NCBI GenBank assembly: GCA_034530875.2
Contig: JAVRCJ020000017.1
Location: 32,001-96,000 of the forward strand
Direction: 5' to 3'
Origin: Nostoc sp. DedSLP01
GTDB lineage: Bacteria; Cyanobacteriota; Cyanobacteriia; Cyanobacteriales; Nostocaceae
Length of the DNA stretch: 64,000 bases
The position numbers were made by a program, and so were the translations under genes. Below, piece by piece: positions 60,909 through 64,000 of this stretch. How positions within the stretch are numbered: the stretch's first letter is position 1; every line of letters begins with the position of its first letter. Below the pieces are notes generated by a model. The model was not told where the DNA came from and made no database searches. It worked only from the letters and a program-made list of their open reading frames with translations.

Positions 60909-61267
60909 GGCACTAGCAAATAACTCCTCACAGGGGCATTCTTAATATGGAATATATAATGGCATTTGGCAGCATCGCCAAGGCTGAAATTACCTAGCGT
61001 GCTGTGAAAATGAGCAAAGCCGAGCGATCGCTAGATGCTTTATTAGACTAAGCTGCCTAGAAGGACTCGGCTGAGGGTAGACAACCCCTTGACAACACAA
61101 TATCTCTAACCAATACCCCATCTGCTTCGTTTTTAGTGTACATTGAATAACTAGCGACTTGGATCTTAGCCTTGCTAGTGATAAATCTGCAATTTTTGAT
61201 TGCTTCTAAGTCGAGGAAAACGATATAATATTTTAGATGACTCTTTTGGGAGCCATTATATTATTTT

Positions 61268-61340
61268 GGGCGCGTAGCTCAGTGGATAGAGCAATTGCCT
61301 TCTAAGCAATTGGTCGCAGGTTCGAACCCTGCCGCGCTCG
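61268..61340 (+). tRNA. tRNA-Arg(TCT)
   Basis: GGGCGCG/CGCGCTC acceptor stem, AGCTCAGTGGATAGAGC D-arm, ATTGC-CTTCTAA-GCAAT anticodon arm and GGTTCGAACCC T-arm. CCA is not encoded. Confidence 0.96.
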
Positions 61341-61471
61341 TTTTAATCGATTAGGGTAAAAGAGGCGATAAACCCCCTATAGATAATCTTTGACGATTTT
61401 TAATTGCGATCGCGCCAACAACTTAACGCTATTTCTGCTACCAGAAAAGTGGTGTTTTAAAGTTGTCTGAC

Positions 61472-62338
61472 TTAGCTAGGTAATTCTTCGATATTTTTCT
61501 CCTTAAGAATTTTTTCACGTTCCAAATTGATGACTTCAGGTGATAAATGAAATAATGTTTCCAAACTTATCTTACCTTCAGTATGTAAAAGTTCTAACCA
61601 ATTTGATGCTGACTCTAAAATTTGCTTGCCAATTCTTATTTGAAAGCTAAACTTTTCTTCAACTACATCAAAAATCAAGAAAAGCGATATCTTTTGCCAA
61701 ATTTTTTGAGTTGAAGCTACTACCTTCAAAGAAGTGACAAGTTTTCCTTGTTCTGGTACATGAAGTGCTAAATCTGAAGCTTGAATATTTTTTTGGATTT
61801 CCTCAAGCGGTAACAGCGAAATATCAATTTTATTATCAAAATTTATAAAGTCTGCAATATCGGGTAAATTTATTGCTGTTTCGTTTAATGATTCAAATTG
61901 AAAGGTTAGCGTGTTGCTCAAAGTATCTGTAATAGCATTAAGCTGTACGGGATATGGGGGTTGTGGTACAGAACCTTTTTCATAAAATGAACGTCCTTCC
62001 GGAGTAACTGTAATTGGCGATGTTGCTGATAGAGTTTGTAAAGAGCGAAGATTTGTAGTAGTACTGCGGATGAATACAGGATCGAGCGCAAGTACAGAAG
62101 CTAATTCCTCTTCTGTTGGCGGAGGTTGAAATTCAATTGCTGCGCGAATAATAAATTCTTCAAGTACGTTAAACTGGCGGGGTTCTTTGATGTTTACTTC
62201 TACAGGAGTTTGGTGCAAGCTATAGCGAAATTGACGCGCTGCTAAAACTGATAAATTAGGACTTTTTGCCTCAATTTCCTTGACCAAATTTTTCAGATTA
62301 TCATCAATTGGTTTAGCAGAAGAAGCAAGAGACATCAA
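61472..62338 (-). CDS. hypothetical protein with a possible winged-helix segment, downstream of a helicase
   Basis: FNVLEEFIIRA...ELASVLALDPVFIRST...ITVTPEGR. Confidence 0.7.
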   Translation of the reverse strand: MMSLASSAKPIDDNLKNLVKEIEAKSPNLSVLAARQFRYSLHQTPVEVNIKEPRQFNVLEEFIIRAAIEFQPPPTEEELASVLALDPVFIRSTTTNLRSLQTLSATSPITVTPEGRSFYEKGSVPQPPYPVQLNAITDTLSNTLTFQFESLNETAINLPDIADFINFDNKIDISLLPLEEIQKNIQASDLALHVPEQGKLVTSLKVVASTQKIWQKISLFLIFDVVEEKFSFQIRIGKQILESASNWLELLHTEGKISLETLFHLSPEVINLEREKILKEKNIEELPS

Positions 62339-62373
62339 CGAAACCTCTATGTGGACGCACGATTTTGAAAACG

Positions 62374-62970
62374 CTATTTTTGAAGTGCCTGCTGAAAAGT
62401 TTTGATGGCATCAACATGATTCACCATATTAATGCAGCGCAACAACAAATCCAGATCGATGTTTTTTACTTCCTCACTACTGGAAATTTTTTCATAGTGA
62501 AGCGTGTTGCCCTCTTGACGCAGGCGATCAACTTCTAACACGCCATCTTCCCAGAACCAGACTTCAGGAATTTTGAGACGCTTGTATGCCTCTAGTTTGT
62601 TGATACCGCCACTGGTAAATACCACTTCAATCGCTAAATCAGGACGCACTCGACCAGGAGCAAGTTTATATGATTCATCTGCCTCTCGCTTCACAGCACC
62701 CGCTTCACTTTCTAAGGTCATGGAGCCAGTTGGGGTAAAGTCAAACCCTGCTATGAGCAGATAAAGTTCTAACAATGCAGCAATTCTCTTTTTAACAGTT
62801 TCGTGTGGTTCTCCAGGCATTCTTCTGATCTCCAAAACACCATCTAAAAAAGACAGCCGATATCCTGGGCGGTCTAATAACTGCTCAATGGCTTTGAATT
62901 CTCTCCAAGTCAGTCCCTCAAATAAAAGGGGTGATTCTTTTGTGGGTGTAGTAATGGCTGCTGTAGTCAT
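62374..62970 (-). CDS. Uma2-family endonuclease-like protein
   Basis: LTWREF, EADESY, PDLAIEV and IPEVWFW. Confidence 0.9.
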   Translation of the reverse strand: MTTAAITTPTKESPLLFEGLTWREFKAIEQLLDRPGYRLSFLDGVLEIRRMPGEPHETVKKRIAALLELYLLIAGFDFTPTGSMTLESEAGAVKREADESYKLAPGRVRPDLAIEVVFTSGGINKLEAYKRLKIPEVWFWEDGVLEVDRLRQEGNTLHYEKISSSEEVKNIDLDLLLRCINMVNHVDAIKTFQQALQK

Positions 62971-63107
62971 AAAAATCTCCAGTCTGTTTCTAAATCAGAA
63001 ATAATCAGTTTTGGAGGTCAATTTATTAATTATAATGGGTTTCAAAAATATTAAAAATTACTTTTTATTTCCTAAGCATTGAATTTATAATAAAAGCTAT
63101 TTTAAAC

Positions 63108-64000
63108 TTAGAGAAGTTGAGAAATATCAACAAAACCATTATGCAGACTAACAATATTTGAAACTTCGGAATACATACTTCCCACTTTACCTGGTTGATT
63201 GGTAAATAAATCATGACAGCCAACAATTAATAGCAGTTCTTGAGCGCGGGAAAAAGCAACATTCACCCGTTCTGGTTTCTTAGCAAATCCCACGTCTCCT
63301 TTATTATTGTTGCGAACCATACTCACAATTACAACAGGTCTTTCCATGCCTTGAAATCTATCTACTGTACCAGTACGAATTTCTAGAGAAGGGAACAGTT
63401 CAGATTGCAGTCGCTCATCAATTTTTCTTAATTGAGCGCCATAAAATGTAATTACAGCGATTTCTTTTTTTGGTTCCCCATTAGCAACGTAAGAAGCCCA
63501 AGTTTTCTCGAACTGCTGACATAAATGTTCAATCGCATCAATCTCTAGAGTATTAAAGTAAGAAGTTCCTTGACGTTCTTCTAAAAATTTCTTTTCTATA
63601 GGCGTTTTTACCCAGAGAATATGGTGAGATTCTTGGATGATTTCACCTGCTAAATTATGTGCGCGTTTTTTATCTGGTTCCAAAATTCCAGATTCTAGTT
63701 TACCCTCATAAAATTGATTGATTGCACCCATAATGTAGGGATGCATTCGATATTGTGTAGTCAGCATTTGCTTGATGCTTTCGTCAGCAGATTCAAACTG
63801 ACTTTTAAATAGTGATTCTTCTAAAAATTGGAGTTCGTTTCGTGTATTGCCAATTGTTTGGGCCACTTCTTCTAAAGTGCTAGTATCGAGCATCGGTGGT
63901 AATTGTCGATGGTCGCCTACCATGACTAATTTTTTCCCTTTCAATGCTGGAATTAGTAATTCTGGGGGAGTACACTTACTAACTTCGTCGATAATAACAA
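63108..64000 (-). CDS. SF1 DNA2/NAM7-like helicase, C-terminal part (continues beyond the window)
   Basis: Frame is open to the window end with VIIDEVSK, then VGDHRQLPP, QYRMHP, TVDRFQGME and NVAFSRA. Confidence 0.88.
   Translation of the reverse strand, partial: VIIDEVSKCTPPELLIPALKGKKLVMVGDHRQLPPMLDTSTLEEVAQTIGNTRNELQFLEESLFKSQFESADESIKQMLTTQYRMHPYIMGAINQFYEGKLESGILEPDKKRAHNLAGEIIQESHHILWVKTPIEKKFLEERQGTSYFNTLEIDAIEHLCQQFEKTWASYVANGEPKKEIAVITFYGAQLRKIDERLQSELFPSLEIRTGTVDRFQGMERPVVIVSMVRNNNKGDVGFAKKPERVNVAFSRAQELLLIVGCHDLFTNQPGKVGSMYSEVSNIVSLHNGFVDISQLL

Overview
Chromosomal segment from a filamentous, Nostoc/Anabaena-like cyanobacterium, inferred from the abundant HIP1 octamer GCGATCGC, heptamer STRR tracts and SDR/MITE-like elements. 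Most of the window is housekeeping or core cyanobacterial genes: sugar and peptide ABC components, ssb, cobT, a Crp-family regulator, a GT4-sugar transferase-gmd-fcl polysaccharide cluster, pgsA, aspA, rsmH, ndhH, rsmE, sir and tRNA-Arg(TCT). Three accessory loci stand out. (1) At 5.6-12 kb, an AT-rich candidate conflict/defence cluster encodes a membrane-anchored NERD nuclease, a caspase-like protease and an SF1 helicase fused to a PLD-like domain with an altered HKD motif, convergent with an EAD10-like/FGE-sulfatase protein. The caspase C-terminus and the FGE protein N-terminus share a short RHIM/amyloid-like motif (NIxNIxxxxDIHIG). (2) At the left edge, a DUF4160/DUF2442 toxin-antitoxin-like pair lies next to an HTH gene and an unannotated HEPN (RNDIAH) relic. 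(3) At the right edge, a second SF1 helicase-Uma2-unknown gene cluster abuts tRNA-Arg. All family calls come from motif recognition by eye; no database searches were run.
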